64,000 nt of DNA, taken from NCBI GenBank assembly GCA_973895155.1, contig OZ316895.1, positions 6,746,184 to 6,810,183 of the forward strand. Reading direction: 5' to 3'. Numbering within the stretch: position 1 is the stretch's first letter; each line of letters starts with the position of its first letter. The notes beneath the pieces are model-generated. The model was not told the DNA's origin, did not search any database, and worked only from the letters and a program-made list of their open reading frames with translations. Source of the DNA: Marsupella aquatica (Eukaryota; Plantae; Marchantiophyta). This document shows, in pieces, positions 38,501-51,549 of this stretch. A program made the translations under genes and the position numbers.

Positions 38501-39414
38501 GGGTCCCAGCTCGTCGGTTTCCGAATCGATCAGGGGACAGACGCCGGCACGGCAGGCAGGACCTTTCAACGATCGGATATTCGGATCCAGGCTAGGCGCA
38601 GCTCGGGCACGTCCCCACTCATTTCCAGACGTAGGTATTGTTAATATCGATGATTCATGTTCGTCCTTGCAGCAACATCCAGTTTCGTCAACACATCCAG
38701 TTTCGTCTGTTTCAGCAATTTTCAACATGCCTTGTCATTCAGTGCGTTTCACATGCATAACTGAAAACAACTGAAACAACTGACGGCGGACTGCATGAGT
38801 GTGGAGACTGGACACTGGAGACGCGCCAACGTCATGACAATTTTTTTGCACACTCAAGAGTCAAGACGGCTGCTACCACAGCGGAAATGCAGAATCATTC
38901 TACGTCCTCCATTTTCTCACAGATTTTTGCGCCGTGGAGAGTGGGTCACTGTAACTCTGTCGGAAGTATGAGGCCATAAGCCACGTCGTACACCAATTTT
39001 TAGAGGTTGAATGTTCTGGAAATCTCTGCCAGTGCCTGGTGGGTCTTCCTCCATGTCACAGCACAACATCAACCTCTTTCCACGCTTCTGCGCCTCCAGT
39101 GCATTCCGTAGATGATCCCGTTAGCAAGGCCCACAACTTCTTAAAAATCAATCAATCATCAATCCAGTTCTGGCTTTGCTTGCCCGGCCAGCAGGACTGG
39201 TCACACATCCAGTGGTCCACAATAATAGGTACGTAGCACCAGCCAGGTCAGCAGGAAATGGAGCAAGTTCCTGGATCCTCTTTAGTGCACAGACGCGTGC
39301 ATGCGAGCACGACACCAAGTTTTAATGTATTTATCGTCCCACAAACACCTAAAGCGAGAGCGGTGCTCTTTGCCAGTCTCCGTGTTCAATAAATTGAAAC
39401 TTCCCGTGTGCTGC

Positions 39415-39745
39415 AGATACCAGATACAATACAGTCGTATTTTTAGTAGCGTTTGTATCGTATCTGTACACAGAGCTGTACTTTCTACACAAACGACTGT
39501 ACGGATATCCGTGTTCTGTACGTAGGTACAGTCGTATTTTTGGTAGCCTCTATGCCGTATCTGAATACAGAACTGTACATGCGTCACAAAAGACTGTACG
39601 GGTATTGGTTTGAATTGTAAGAGTTATTGTAATTTGTACGCTTTAGAAGATAGATACAGTCGTTTGTTTTGTTGCCTGGTTACCTTATCTATACAGAAAT
39701 GTACGGATATGATTTTTCTGTACTGTATAGTATCTGTATAGGGCT
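39415..39745. repeat. Degenerate tandem repeat (~100-130-bp units) of TACAGTCGT...TATCT..ATACAGA..TGTAC
   Basis: Units begin near 39428, 39525 and 39654. Confidence 0.6.
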
Positions 39746-39833
39746 GTTACAATACTTTGCTTGCTGTATAGTGTGTACATTTCTATTGTATACATAGATG
39801 CATTAATATATGGAGTCTTTCCTGACCTGGGCT

Positions 39834-39999
39834 TTTTTCTTTTCTTGAAAGGAGCACTTTACTTATGTAAAAAGTAAAACCCAATAAAACTACCGGGAGT
39901 AAAAGGCCAGATCACATGCGATCGAAAGGCCAGATCACATGCGATCGAAAGGCCAGAAGACCACCCAGAGACCAAAAACAGTCAGTCACGAGGGTACAC
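39834..39999 (-). mobile_element. Short 5'-truncated non-LTR (LINE/SINE 3' end) insertion with 14-bp TSD
   Basis: TCCTGACCTGGGCT at 39820-39833 and 40000-40013. A-rich tail on the minus strand. Internal AAAGGCCAGATCACATGCGATCG x2. Confidence 0.75.
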
Positions 40000-41537
40000 T
40001 CCTGACCTGGGCTGGGAGAGACCAGGCCAGGTCAAGCAGGTTTCATGGACCGCCGTTGCTGACATTTGGGATGGCTCCGGGGTGGGGTTAGATAACAAGG
40101 TTAGAGAACATGGTTTCAAGTGGGTGTGGGGTTTGCATCATGAATCTTCATTGAACTACTTCATCAGGCCCTAAGTGGTTGAGGTGGAAAATAAGAGTGG
40201 ATGGTTTGTGCTCCCAGCCAGTCCCCATTAGAAACTTGAGGGGTTGCCCCGAAACAAAAGAAACAAAAGGCTCATGTTTGTGATATGTCCATAGGCTAGG
40301 CACTTAGTTTTCACTTTGTAATTTTTTGTGCTTGAAAAGAATGCAAAGAACAGTTTTGGATTAGGGATGAAAATATCCAAACTTTACTAGAAACTTTACT
40401 AGAAATAGGATGAAAAAATCTTTTAGGCCTTTAAGTCCCTTAATACCCAGTTACCAGAGCATTATGGGTATTAATGGCCCCTCAAAACGCAACCTGAACT
40501 CCTTAGTTCTTGAGATTTTTGCAATATGTACTCTAACGTAATCCAGTCATTACCAATCCCGGTTTGGGCCTGACCTGTGCAGATGATTAATTATTTTACA
40601 TTCAGTAAATAAGACCACCAAAGTATTATTCACTTATTTTTTTAGTTCTCAAAATAATGTATAGTTACACTGAAAAGTAAGTGCTCGCATCAAAATCAGC
40701 ATGCCTTTTCATAGTTCACATCAACATCCTTAAAACATTCTTAAAATTTGAGTCACATATTTCTTCCCATGTTTTCCCAAGCGCACCATACTGTTCTGTC
40801 AATTAGCTCCAAATTTTTAATAACTAATTAATAGTCAGGCTAACCTGGATGGCACTCGGGAAGTAATCAGTCTATTAAGGGTGAAGAGTATATTTCAAAC
40901 TGCAAGACAGCAGACGCCAATCCAGAGGAGATGCAAAAAACTCAAAGCAAAGGGTGTAATCAAGAGCCTAAAATCAACCCAAATCACAGGGTGTAACCGG
41001 GGGTGTAACCAAGGAGTCAGAAAGCCCTAAGGGACCCTGGTAGAGTCTAGCCACAGCAAAAACAACTACGAACAGAAAACCTACAAAGAATGGGAAATGA
41101 ACGAGATATTCTTGATGGACCCCAAAAAGGAGAATCTTTACTTGATGGACCCCATGAGTGATCCATACTCTTGATAGACCTTAAATGAACGGTCCTCAAA
41201 TCTCGTGGCGCCTCATAGGGTCCATAAAGTAACACTTCTCAGTTAAGGGGTCCATCTAGTATCTTTCTCGGAAATGAACAGTGCCACTCCGGAGCTCGAG
41301 GGAGCCAAGGGGGACGGGGGCGTTCCCGGCCTTTGGTAGTTTGGGACGCGGGATGGGCGAGGCGAGGAGGAGTCGGATTCGAAAGTGGGTTTCATGGCAG
41401 AACTCCGTTGGCTGGGGCAGTTGGAGGGACCGTAGGGAAATCCGTGGGCAGTCGGGGGACAGACGATTGTACGCATGGACGTCCGGTCCGATCTGGTCTG
41501 GTCTGTTTGCGTCCGATGAAAGAAGACATGATCCGGG

Positions 41538-41584
41538 GAATATACAGGCCTCGTCGAATGAATGGCATAATGCGGCGAATATCC
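41538..41584. promoter_or_regulatory. Two P1BS (GNATATNC) PHR1-binding elements upstream of GDPD
   Basis: GAATATAC 41538-41545 and GAATATCC 41577-41584, ~210-250 bp upstream of ATG 41795. Angiosperm GDPD1 is known to be phosphate-starvation induced. Confidence 0.6.
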
Positions 41585-41794
41585 GGAGCGCCGAAGCAGA
41601 GCGTCGTCTCGTGTGTCAGGCACTCTGATCGCGCCCATCAGTCTCGTTTCTTCAATTCGCGACAATCGAAAAGCTCACCAACGACCGACACAGAGACTAG
41701 AGAGAGACAGAGGACATTCAGAGACATTTCAGAGAAGCGGAACACGAAGGAGGAACACCGAGCCCGTACGTGAGCTCTGCAATCTTCGCTCTCG

Positions 41795-44700
41795 ATGCCA
41801 ATACTGCAGCAAATTCAATGTGCCCATAGCCAGCCACCGCGTTGTGCGCTTTGGACTTTTTCTTCGGCGTCGGGTAGATCAGCCGCAGCAGCAGCGGGAG
41901 CAGCGGGAGCATCATGGCGCCCGTTATTCAGATCGAGCAGTGTTCGGGATCCTGTTGCGACGGGAAGGGGGAGGCTACATTCGAAAGGGGGGACGCAATC
42001 GGTTGCGCAATCTTTGTTGCAAGGAGGATTGATTCGTAACGACGGCTTTGGTCTGCGCGTAGCAGTTGGAGGGGAATTGGAAACTGCTGCCGGGGGGTGG
42101 TGCGGTCTTAGATCGGAGGGAAGGAGGCGTCAGGACACTTTGATTGAAGGGGGAAGTTTAATTGATCGTAAAATGGCTGCATCTAAACTCGGTGAGTTCT
42201 CTACCTTGCGATAGGAGTACAACTTGTGTCGTTCGGGTTGATCGGTTTTTCTTGTAGATTTGGGTGGAGATGATATGTCAGGGACGTTCTATTAATTCTT
42301 TCGGGTTATGTTTCGATCTTACATGGATAAAGATGGAGTGATGCTAGGGGCGGGGCTGGAGTGCGGACATAGATGGGGAATTTATAGTTTTACTGAAAAA
42401 ATGTCTTCTATTCTGTTAACAGCTTTACCTGTTCTCTACAAATTGGATTCAATTCCAAATGATGTGCCGGTTGGTGCCACTGCGGCGGACAGTATGCGTG
42501 CAGGTCTGTAAATCATAAGTTCGTCTTGTAACTACTAGTGCAGCAGTTTCTACTACTGTTCTTTTGAAAGCTGTCCCACCATTGCATTTAGGATGGAGTG
42601 GACCAATAGAATCGCTTCTAGATGGCGTACGTGTGTTGGATTCCACGAGTCAAATTGTTTTTGGTTCCGAAGTTGCATGCGATTTGTTTTGGGGGGAAAA
42701 GTTTCGTGATTTGTCACTGACTGGCGGAGACGTCAGGTTGGTGGTTTCAGCATACGAAGCAGTTGTGATGGTTTTTTACTACTCCAAATTCCACGCGCTT
42801 CATTCGTGCCCTTCATAACCGTCAAGTCATAGGCCTACCCCGCGAGTGACGTATACGTATTCGGGATTAGCTTCTCTCGTTCTGACAGCTGTTTGATGAT
42901 GCTGCTCTCGGTGCAGATGCCAAGCGGAACAGTGCGCTCATTGTCGTGGGCCATCGCGGGTGCGGAAAGAACAACGCACTTTCTATAGGCGACGTTCCTG
43001 GCACCAGATTGTCAGTGACCGAGAATACCATCCGATCATTCAATCTGGCTGCAAGCAATGGTGCAGACTATGCCGAGTTTGATGTGCAGGTAATCTGTTT
43101 ATTCTCGCTAATGATTTGTCATCCACACATGCATCTAGTATGCAACCCTTCTGGAAAAGCTACATCGAAAAGGGCCATGGCAGTGTCAGGCGGGAAAAGG
43201 ATTTGAGTGTTTTACAATGTAAGTGAGGCGTACGTCATTGTGAAATTATTAGGAATTTTGCTGAATTTAGTCGCTCGACAATTAACGCTGAATGTGTCAC
43301 TTTCCAGGTGACGAAGGATGGTCATCCTGTAATTTTCCACGATGACCTCATTCTATCTGAAGGCCAGGTCTGCTTTTCTGCGTTCGACGCTCAATATGAT
43401 CCCTCGTTTTAAAGTCCGATCTTGGTACCATTTAGAATTGATCTGATCATATATGCAACCATATACTACCAGGTCACAATTGCAGATGAGGAGTGGGCAC
43501 ATTAGATGCATGCTATATTCGGACTTTGCGATGTCCTGAGGGCTTGATCTATTTTCAACTTTTTCAGGCTAGTAAAATCGGAGACCTGACTCTGGAAGAA
43601 TTCTTGGCCTTCGGACCTCAGAAGGATGGGAAGGTATGGCTCATGCATGAATTGACAATATTCTTCATTTTCAAGTAACTCAAGTTCAGATCTTTGCCTG
43701 TCATGGCCGCTTGTATTTGTTGAAGCGGAGAAGACGTCTAGTTGTATGTACATGGAAGGTGATGTGAGCTAGATCTTGGTTCATTTGTTTGTTCAGGCCG
43801 GAAAGAGCTTGGTCAGAAGGCAGAAGGATGGGACGGTTAAACCTTGGGTTTCCACTTTGGAAGACTCCCTCTGTTCGTTGAAGGACGCATTTGAGTTGGT
43901 GGAGCCAACTATGGGATTTAACATTGAGGTCAAGTTTCACGATACGGATGAGACTCCCGAGCACGAACTGAGACGCGTCATCTCCGCGGTCCTAGCGGTA
44001 TTTTTCTTGACTTTTCTAGTTTCGTTACATACACTTGCATCAATAAGAGACGGCGTGGTTTCTTACCAGTGCCCTGGCGGGTGCCCTGGTTAATCAGATG
44101 AGAATTATGTGGTAAACCCTGACTGAGACCAGAGTGATCTGGAATGTCGTGGCTTGTGTGATTGCTCACTCAGCAATGATTGCGTTCAGGATCTGGAGAA
44201 CTACGCTTATGGCCGCACTATCTATTTCTCGAGTTATCATCCCGATGCGGCGATCCTTCTACGGCGGGAACAAAACACTTACCCGGTAACTGATTCTACC
44301 ACTTCTCAAATTGCCGAGGCCACTCATCCGTCGGCTCCATGACCAGCATCAACCTTTTTTTCTCATCAATTCGATCGATAAAACCTGGCTACGGTCTAAT
44401 TTTAGGAGTATCTGTATTTGTAGGTGCTCATGCTCACAAACGGCGGAGTAGAACACAATCACTCAGACCCACGCAGGAATTCGGTGGAAGCTGCCATCGA
44501 CGTATGCCTTCAAAGTAAGTCTCGGCTGTCCTAACGTCTCAACGCTTGACAATCTGGGATTGGCGTAATTCTTTTTCTGTCAGCCATAGCGAAATTGCAC
44601 GTTTTCCTTACGATTAATTATGCCATGCACCTTCGTGCTCAGACGGACTTCAAGGTATCGTCTCCGAAGTCTTGGCGATCCTGGAGAAACCTGAACTAGC

Positions 44701-45059
44701 GTCACAAGTCAAAAATGCGGGGCTTTCCCTTTTCACCTACGGTGACATGAAGTAAGTTTCTACTTCTATAAAGTTCGTTTCGAACTGAAGTACTTGAGCT
44801 GAAGTACAATGGAATTCCTTCCTTCATGTATATATGTCCGAAAAGAGTTCTAACGATGTCAGCGTCTCTTTCGTTTTGCAGCAACGTGGCGGAGGCTATT
44901 GTACAGCAATATAACCTGAATGTGGACGGGGTTATAGTGGACTGTGTGCGGGAGATAGTGACAGCTTCTCGAACCCTGCACGCTCTCCTAAATTTTGTCC
45001 AGCCCGATTGGTCCAAGTTCCTTGAACCAGGAACTCCGAGAGATATGAAAGTTCAGTAG
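41795..45059 (+). CDS. GDPD1: Glycerophosphodiester phosphodiesterase, GDPD1-like, 9 exons, ~456 aa with putative plastid transit peptide
   Basis: Exons 41795-42191, 42917-43089, 43308-43367, 43568-43633, 43797-43997, 44190-44285, 44424-44514, 44643-44751, 44882-45059 join in frame. Motifs: VVGHRG, ENTIRSF, EFDVQVTKDGHPVIFHD, GFNIEVKF, FSSYHPDAA, DPRRNS, GLQGIVSEV, TYGDMNN, VDGVIVD. The start at 41795 versus 42173 is uncertain. Confidence 0.93.
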
Positions 45060-45744
45060 AATGATTAATTCTTTTACGGAGTCTCTAGAGCTCCAGGCAA
45101 GAAGGCGACCGGTCGATCGACTTACTTTACTACTCGTCGCCACATCGGCAATTTTTTCCAGTTGGGGGAATTCAAATACCTGGGGACTTGAACCCAGACA
45201 ATTGAATAATGTCTGCTGCTGAGTGTACATAATTACATGGATAGCCAGCCAGGAGGAGTCTACCTGGCAAAAGCCCGGACGCTATTACTACTGTAATCGG
45301 GATTTGTCCCGAGAATGTACGCGTTCCCCATTCTTTTGTAAATTAATACAGCGACGTACGTGCACTGACTTATTTGTCAAGGGGTTTATATTCTTCTCTC
45401 CTCTCCGATCCGATCTATTGGCTATTCCTTGTTGTGTGTTTTTTCTGGAATGATTTGTCTTCCTCGCCGGTTCATAGCTTTGGGCCAACGCCTAGATACT
45501 GCCAAGAGACCAATGCACCACAGATTTCTTTATCGCCTTGAAATCAAAAGACCTTCGCACCACGAAAGACCTATACTCACCTTGAATTGTAAATTGTAGA
45601 CCCCAGAAGTTCTCTTCATCATGAGATATGAATCTGTGATGGATAAAGTGCATCACTTCAGAAGAGTCAGCACTCGTGAAAGCAGGAGTGCTTTACTCGA
45701 CTCGTCCAGATATCCCGTTGTAGTATCCCCCAATATGATGGGAG

Positions 45745-46475
45745 TGTAAGACCCCTAAAACCCTGCCTTGAGGCACCTTTCCCCCATTGATCGGATCTAG
45801 TCCCTCAAGTGCATCTTACTATAGGGTTTTTGTGTTTTAGTGGGGCCTAGGAGGGCAGCTGTCCTAGACTCTGGTTCGGGTTTTGCTCACTTTCGTCTCT
45901 TAGGCTCTGGCTCCATAGAGTATTTGGAAATCCTGTTTAATTGAAACTTACAAACAAGCTGAAGGAAAATGATTGGGCTTCAAGGACTTCAATGGTTGTA
46001 ATAGATGTAGTTAGGGAGTCTGACTCTAGACTTCTCGAGAGCCCTAAACTTTGAAGAAGTGAAGTCTTCCTCCAGAAGGTTAAACCAATACTTCCCTTAG
46101 CAACAATTGTAGTTCTTCTGTGATGAGACAAAATTGTAGGTTACAACTCATCAGCTAATTGTAACCAGACGACCCTTTTAAACACGACTTCTTCGTACCT
46201 GGGAAAAAAGATTACATTGGCCGAAAGGAACAGCCTTAGCTGTCACCGTTCGATGTGGGTGGGGCAAGCTCGTTTAATTCTGGAACTCTGCTATGCACTG
46301 GTTGAGCAACAAGATCAACTTGAGGATTCTTGTCTAAGTTCTCTCGTCGGGTTTGAGCTCGGGTTGAGGGATCTGTTACTCTCCAGCGGATGAGGTTCTG
46401 GTGGCATAAGTGGCTCTACTAAGGGGTCCCAAAGTTATACTTTTCAGAGTCCATAACTCTTGGTTGACGGTTACA
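45745..46475. mobile_element. Possible LTR remnants (TGTAAGACCC...GGTTACA 45745-46145; TGTAACC...GGTTACA 46160-46475)
   Basis: Gypsy-like TGTAA/TTACA termini; no TSD found. Confidence 0.3.
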
Positions 46476-46888
46476 GGACACAAAAATGGTGGTCATTAGC
46501 TTGTTGGCTGTAACTAAAGAAGATAAGCCATGACTGTAACAAAAATGGACACGTTTGGCAAAACAATTTGAAGAAAACATCCGATCTTTAGAAAAATGCT
46601 TACAGCCAGCTAATGCTTGTTCCGGAAGAAGTCATTACCATAAGAATAGAGGCTTGAGAAACCTTACGATACATTCATATTTTATAGAGCAAGGTCCAAT
46701 TCCGATGATCAAAACATCTGTGCTAACCAATAGAGCTTGCTCTATTTAGTTGATAAGTTCACATTTCCACACGGAAGCAACAACGCCGTCTGTTATGCTA
46801 TTCGTCACTCAAACTTTCCCTTCTCAAGCTCAATGCAGTGCAGAAGACGGAAAATCCAATCGGGCTTCACTTATTAGTTGCAGAGAGG

Positions 46889-49800
46889 TCAATTTATGCC
46901 GAACATGAAGCAATTGGAGTATGTTGGGAGATTCAGAAGCTTGTCTTCGACAGAAAACGGTTGCCGGAAAGGATTTGGTTGAACCTATACCAATGCAGAG
47001 AAAGTGTCAATAAGGACCATGCAACGACAGAGTCTAAATCTAAGTACCAAAGAAGATGCACATTTACGTCAAATTTGAAGAAATCTATCTCAATTGACCT
47101 TCGTGCTCTCAGATTCAAATCTTTAGAGCAATTTTAGAAACATTGCTAGACATTTAAATCTTGGCATTTTGAATTGCTCCCCTGCTCATCAAAAGCAAAT
47201 TTCGCCCAAACTTCTTACAGGATATGTAAGCATTTGTGGATGTCCCAACGATAAAGCGCAGGCAGCTAAGACCGCAGCCTCTTCACAGTAATCCGTAAAT
47301 ATAGCAGGTGTTTTTTCACTACATAAGAGCTTCTGCAACACGGAGACGACCATTACTCATCGATTGGATGAAAAGTGCAACTTACTGGTGAGAGCGAAAA
47401 AGATACAACCCAAGAAAAAGCGAGTCAGCCACGTACAATAGTTGGTTGCCAGCTGGGGAAGGCAGCAAGTCCAGCGTTTGGAGCTAGAACAAAGTCCGGA
47501 GCGGAACCCTGCAATTACATGTCACCCAACTGAGACTCAGAGAGATTCCAGGTCTGGTAAGCAAAGCGCACCGTAGCAGCGCTTCACTCTAATAAGAGAA
47601 CCTCCGGTATAGCTTCCACGACTTGGAATGAAAATTAACATCTTCATTCATCTGCACCATGTTTATTCGATAAACGTCTGCCGCCATACCCATGTGACAA
47701 CCTAGATACATGTAGACCAAATTCAACATAGCTTAGGATTCTAGAATTACCAGCTCCAGATACCGATCATGATAGAATCCTCTCCACAGCTTGAGCGTCA
47801 ATTGACCAGTAACTGGATGCGTTGTCTCCATCTCTCCCGCTGAACCTCCCAACTTATCTCCTCTCCTCGTTTTGCATATACAATGTGGGTCCAAGCATTT
47901 TGGATACTCCGCCAGGTCCAGAAACTCACCATCTCTGCACGGAAGCCCAAATCAATCTGATGTTCTACCAATCTGAGAATCTGAGAATCTGATGTTATGC
48001 CAATCGACAAAACATTGCTGACTGCAACAGTGACTAAATAAATGAGGCACGTCAAACAACAATCTCACCATCAGCTCCATACAGCATGTTGGCAAGACAT
48101 GGATGAGCCATAGTGGATAACCGAAGGGCTTCAAATCAGCGGATGTGGCAAACAGCCAACATGGAACATAATTGACACCAATAAAGGCTGGAAACTTTGC
48201 CCCTTTCCGGTCAGTAGCCCACTGAGTCACTCTGGACGACTACAGTTTCACAGATGCATTCATCTCCTCTTAAGGTAAGTTCCTGAAACTTTCAGATATT
48301 TTTCACAAGCTTTGGAGGGTCCTGCAGCTAATAAATAGTGGCATACCTTGATGCTGGCACAGCTGGTCCAACCATGTCAATGTGTACATGAGCGTCTGGC
48401 AGGAGAGCCATCAACTCTGCAAAAACTTGCAGAATCTGAAGTTCCTTCTCGGGTCCTGCAAATGGAAAGAGTTGTGAGAACCCATCAACAACTCAGAAAT
48501 GTTTTTCTGAACTCATAGCCATCTCAAACCCCAAAATTCTAGATAACGACTATTAAAGACGGTAAAGAAAGAAAGGAATCTTCGTGGTTGGAGGACTCGA
48601 ACTTCTCACCTAAGTAATGAACATGGATCCGACTTCCAAGTTTCGTTATGGTGGGCATGCACTGCGAAATAAGGCTTAAGGCGTGATAGAGAGTAAGAGG
48701 CTGCCACCAACACGACCAGGTTCATGAGAAGGTTTGATCTTTGCATGAACCACTGCATCTGTTACTCGGGACTTTAGAGACAGTTCGTATACAAGAAAGA
48801 AACCAAATGCTGCAGGTTCAGCATAAAAATGTGACAATTCCTCGTAAGGAATATATCTTAATGTACTCACCCAGTGCAACAATAAGGCCACAGGAGAGTT
48901 GAATGACAATCGCCTCCACGTAAAATAGTCTGTCCAGTTACTTAGCTGCCTTTCAGAACTTCTCGAGGGATCTGCACGGTAAGAAAAAAAAATCTATAAG
49001 GGCCCGTTGGATGAAGCTGCTTGAAAGCTTGTGAATATGAATTTTCAGTAAAACTTCTTGTAGGAAGTGAGCAGACTGAAGAAGTGCTGAGAAATTCGGA
49101 TGGACCTGTGCAAGGGCACATTGAAGACGGTAGTTGCCACTCTGTAAGTCATCCAACCAGCCGTTCCAGGTTCAGTTCGCACTCTGTAAATGTCGACTAC
49201 CATGCCCTTTCGAGCATTAGATAGTCGAGGACAGTTCCTATTCTCCACTGCCGGTTCTCCCAAAACACTATTTGTAGACCTGTAATCCCTCCGCATCAAG
49301 GGAAGGTCTTTTATGCAATACATGATAACAAGCTTTACATACACGTACACTGGCTTTCTCTTTGGTCCTACTGTTTGTGATGTTAACAAGAAAACGACCA
49401 AGAAGGATGTAGAATATAACTCCAAACTAAGATGTTAGATACCTAAATTTATGACTGTCTTTTAGAGGCCAAAACGAAAAGTAACATGATTAAGTTTGAA
49501 CACTGAAGTGACGCCATCTGTTACTCTAAATTTCTGCTGTCTTATGCGATGACGTGTGGTGCTACCCCAACTTTAGAAACATGATTGAAAATGGACGTCG
49601 GAAAGATGTACCAGCAGAGTAATAAGAGGTGAACATGGAGCCAGCACATTTGCATTCGCCTTGCCATAAGCCTTTGAGATGCAGCTCGCGTCTCTCCAGA
49701 AAAGAGCAAATGGTCACAGCTCCGTCATCCACCTGGTAGAAACGAATAACATGATGTGAATACCAAGCTATTTGGGCTCGTCAAAATTGGAGAGCGGCGC

Positions 49801-50870
49801 TCATCTGTCCAGAACGTCAAAGCAGTGTAAGCAGTGGAATACGTACACGTTGAGTGACCTCTGCAGCGAATGAGAAGGGGAAACCGAGGAGGTCACCGGC
49901 CTTAGCCATCTGCTGTGCCATCCGACTGCAGTCCTTCCGATGCTCTTTCCAGTGCGCAATCTTCAACAATCCAAAAGTTCTGTTTAGATTTGTGGGCAGC
50001 AAATAATAACAGACTTTGCCCATATTAAAGTTCTCTCCACGATAACTGCTAATAATCTACACGTAATATGTAATTCCTTACAGTTCCTTTGGAAGCGAAA
50101 GACATGGTAACTCAAGCCACGAACCTACTTCCTACTAAATCCTGTCAGTAGATCCAGACAAAGAATGACATCACTGGATTCACTCATTTCCTCCAAATGC
50201 ACAAAGCTCACGATAATCGGCTCTGTGTGTTCATTTTAAAAACCCTCGGAAAAACTTAAAACTTTGTTTCATTTTATCCACTTGCTGCGAGCAGGAGAGT
50301 TTGAACCATCTCTTGGCTACCATCGTTCCCCTGTTTTTGACGCCCAATTGTGTAATGACCCTCTTAACCTGAAACCCAACTTCAATAGAACGTTCTGACA
50401 TTGATATGTCTGGCAACGGTCAAACAAGTAGCTCATCACAACAAATTGTCCACACCTGACTCTAGTCAGCTGTAGCAAAAGGTATGAAAAACAAATCAAT
50501 TCCTTTCTTGAGCCCAGCCTCTCGAGTCATATAGTCGGACCATTTGCAACGTCTTCCATGACTCTCTGCGCGTTCCAATGATATTCTGTCCATTATCTTT
50601 CGAGTTCTGTGCCTTTTTCTTCAAAGAAACCACACGAAAGAGAAGCCATAAGCCAGCTACTACAAGACACTCTGGCGCCACCGAGAGCAACGGAACGGAA
50701 CACAAATCTCCTTCGAGAGGGAGCGAATGTCGGAACAAAACCTGGTGACGTGGGGAGCAATAGTTGGGAGCACCGCAGGAGCCACATCGGAGAGTCGCAG
50801 GGCCAACACAGGGACCTTTCGCCCCAGCCAACTTTCCTGCGCAGTTCCAATTCCGGCCTCTCGAGGCCAT
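46889..50870 (-). CDS. zf-MYND / MSS51 C-terminal domain protein (ZMYND15-like plant family), 11 exons, ~388 aa
   Basis: Exons 50870-50742, 49960-49847, 49732-49612, 49141-49106, 48971-48871, 48700-48610, 48455-48347, 47934-47751, 47508-47437, 47332-47219, 46984-46889 join in frame. MYND finger C..CGSCGAPNYCS..HQ..HW..H...C; motifs SPVALLLHWPLTLY, HYLGPEKEL, GFYHD, APNAGLAAFPSW, FTDYCEEA, NPFRQP, YSNCF. Confidence 0.92.
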
Positions 50871-51549
50871 CCTCTCCTTGGTTTCGTCACCTTCCTCTCG
50901 ACAACAAAGGGAGCAGTCTGGGGCTGGTGTACTACAGTCTCATCGAGAAATTCTGCAGCAGTAGAGGCGCACTGGGAGATTCTTGGACAAATTCTGCAGC
51001 AGCAGAGGCGAGTCGTAGAGCCATGCATTGCACATCATCACCAGCTCAATGGTGGCGCGAGATGGAACACCTTGAGCGGTAGACGTGCGACGAACCGTTG
51101 CATGAAACGATGGCCCCCCCTCTGGCCATCCTTCCCCTTTTGCCTGGGTTCTGGCATTCCCTGTTCGTCCAGACTCCACCCTCTTCTTGACTTCCTATTT
51201 TCCTGCTCCTCAGTTGGTTGGACCAGTACCAGAGAGCAGAACAGAACCCACACAAAGGCCAGAGCAATGCGCTACTCTAACTTACAATCTTGTCAAAAAA
51301 ACAAACCCAAGAATAGAGGGAGACCGCGAAAGAAGGAATTAATTTTATATGAGTTAATAAAAGTATCATCAGAAATCAAACTGGTAACCCTTCCCTGATT
51401 TAAGTGACTCTGTCATTCAACTGTTTACTGGCAAATCGGTTCTCTTATATATCTACAGTACGCTAAGTGTCAAAATGAGTTGCAATACGTATTCCTCGTG
51501 ACATGGGTCTATTGCCACCTAATCTCAAATAAAGGATTTCTTTCTAAAG

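Noticed and set aside
38277-38774. Short ORFs on both strands with GC-rich core
   Set aside because: No recognisable motif or consistent splice model; cannot be supported as a gene.
41243-41773. Overlapping 115-146-aa ORFs on both strands
   Set aside because: GC-rich GDPD promoter region; composition explains the open frames.
50593-51398. Stack of overlapping ORFs up to 223 aa
   Set aside because: GC-rich 5'UTR/exon 1 of the MSS51-like gene; no recognisable product.
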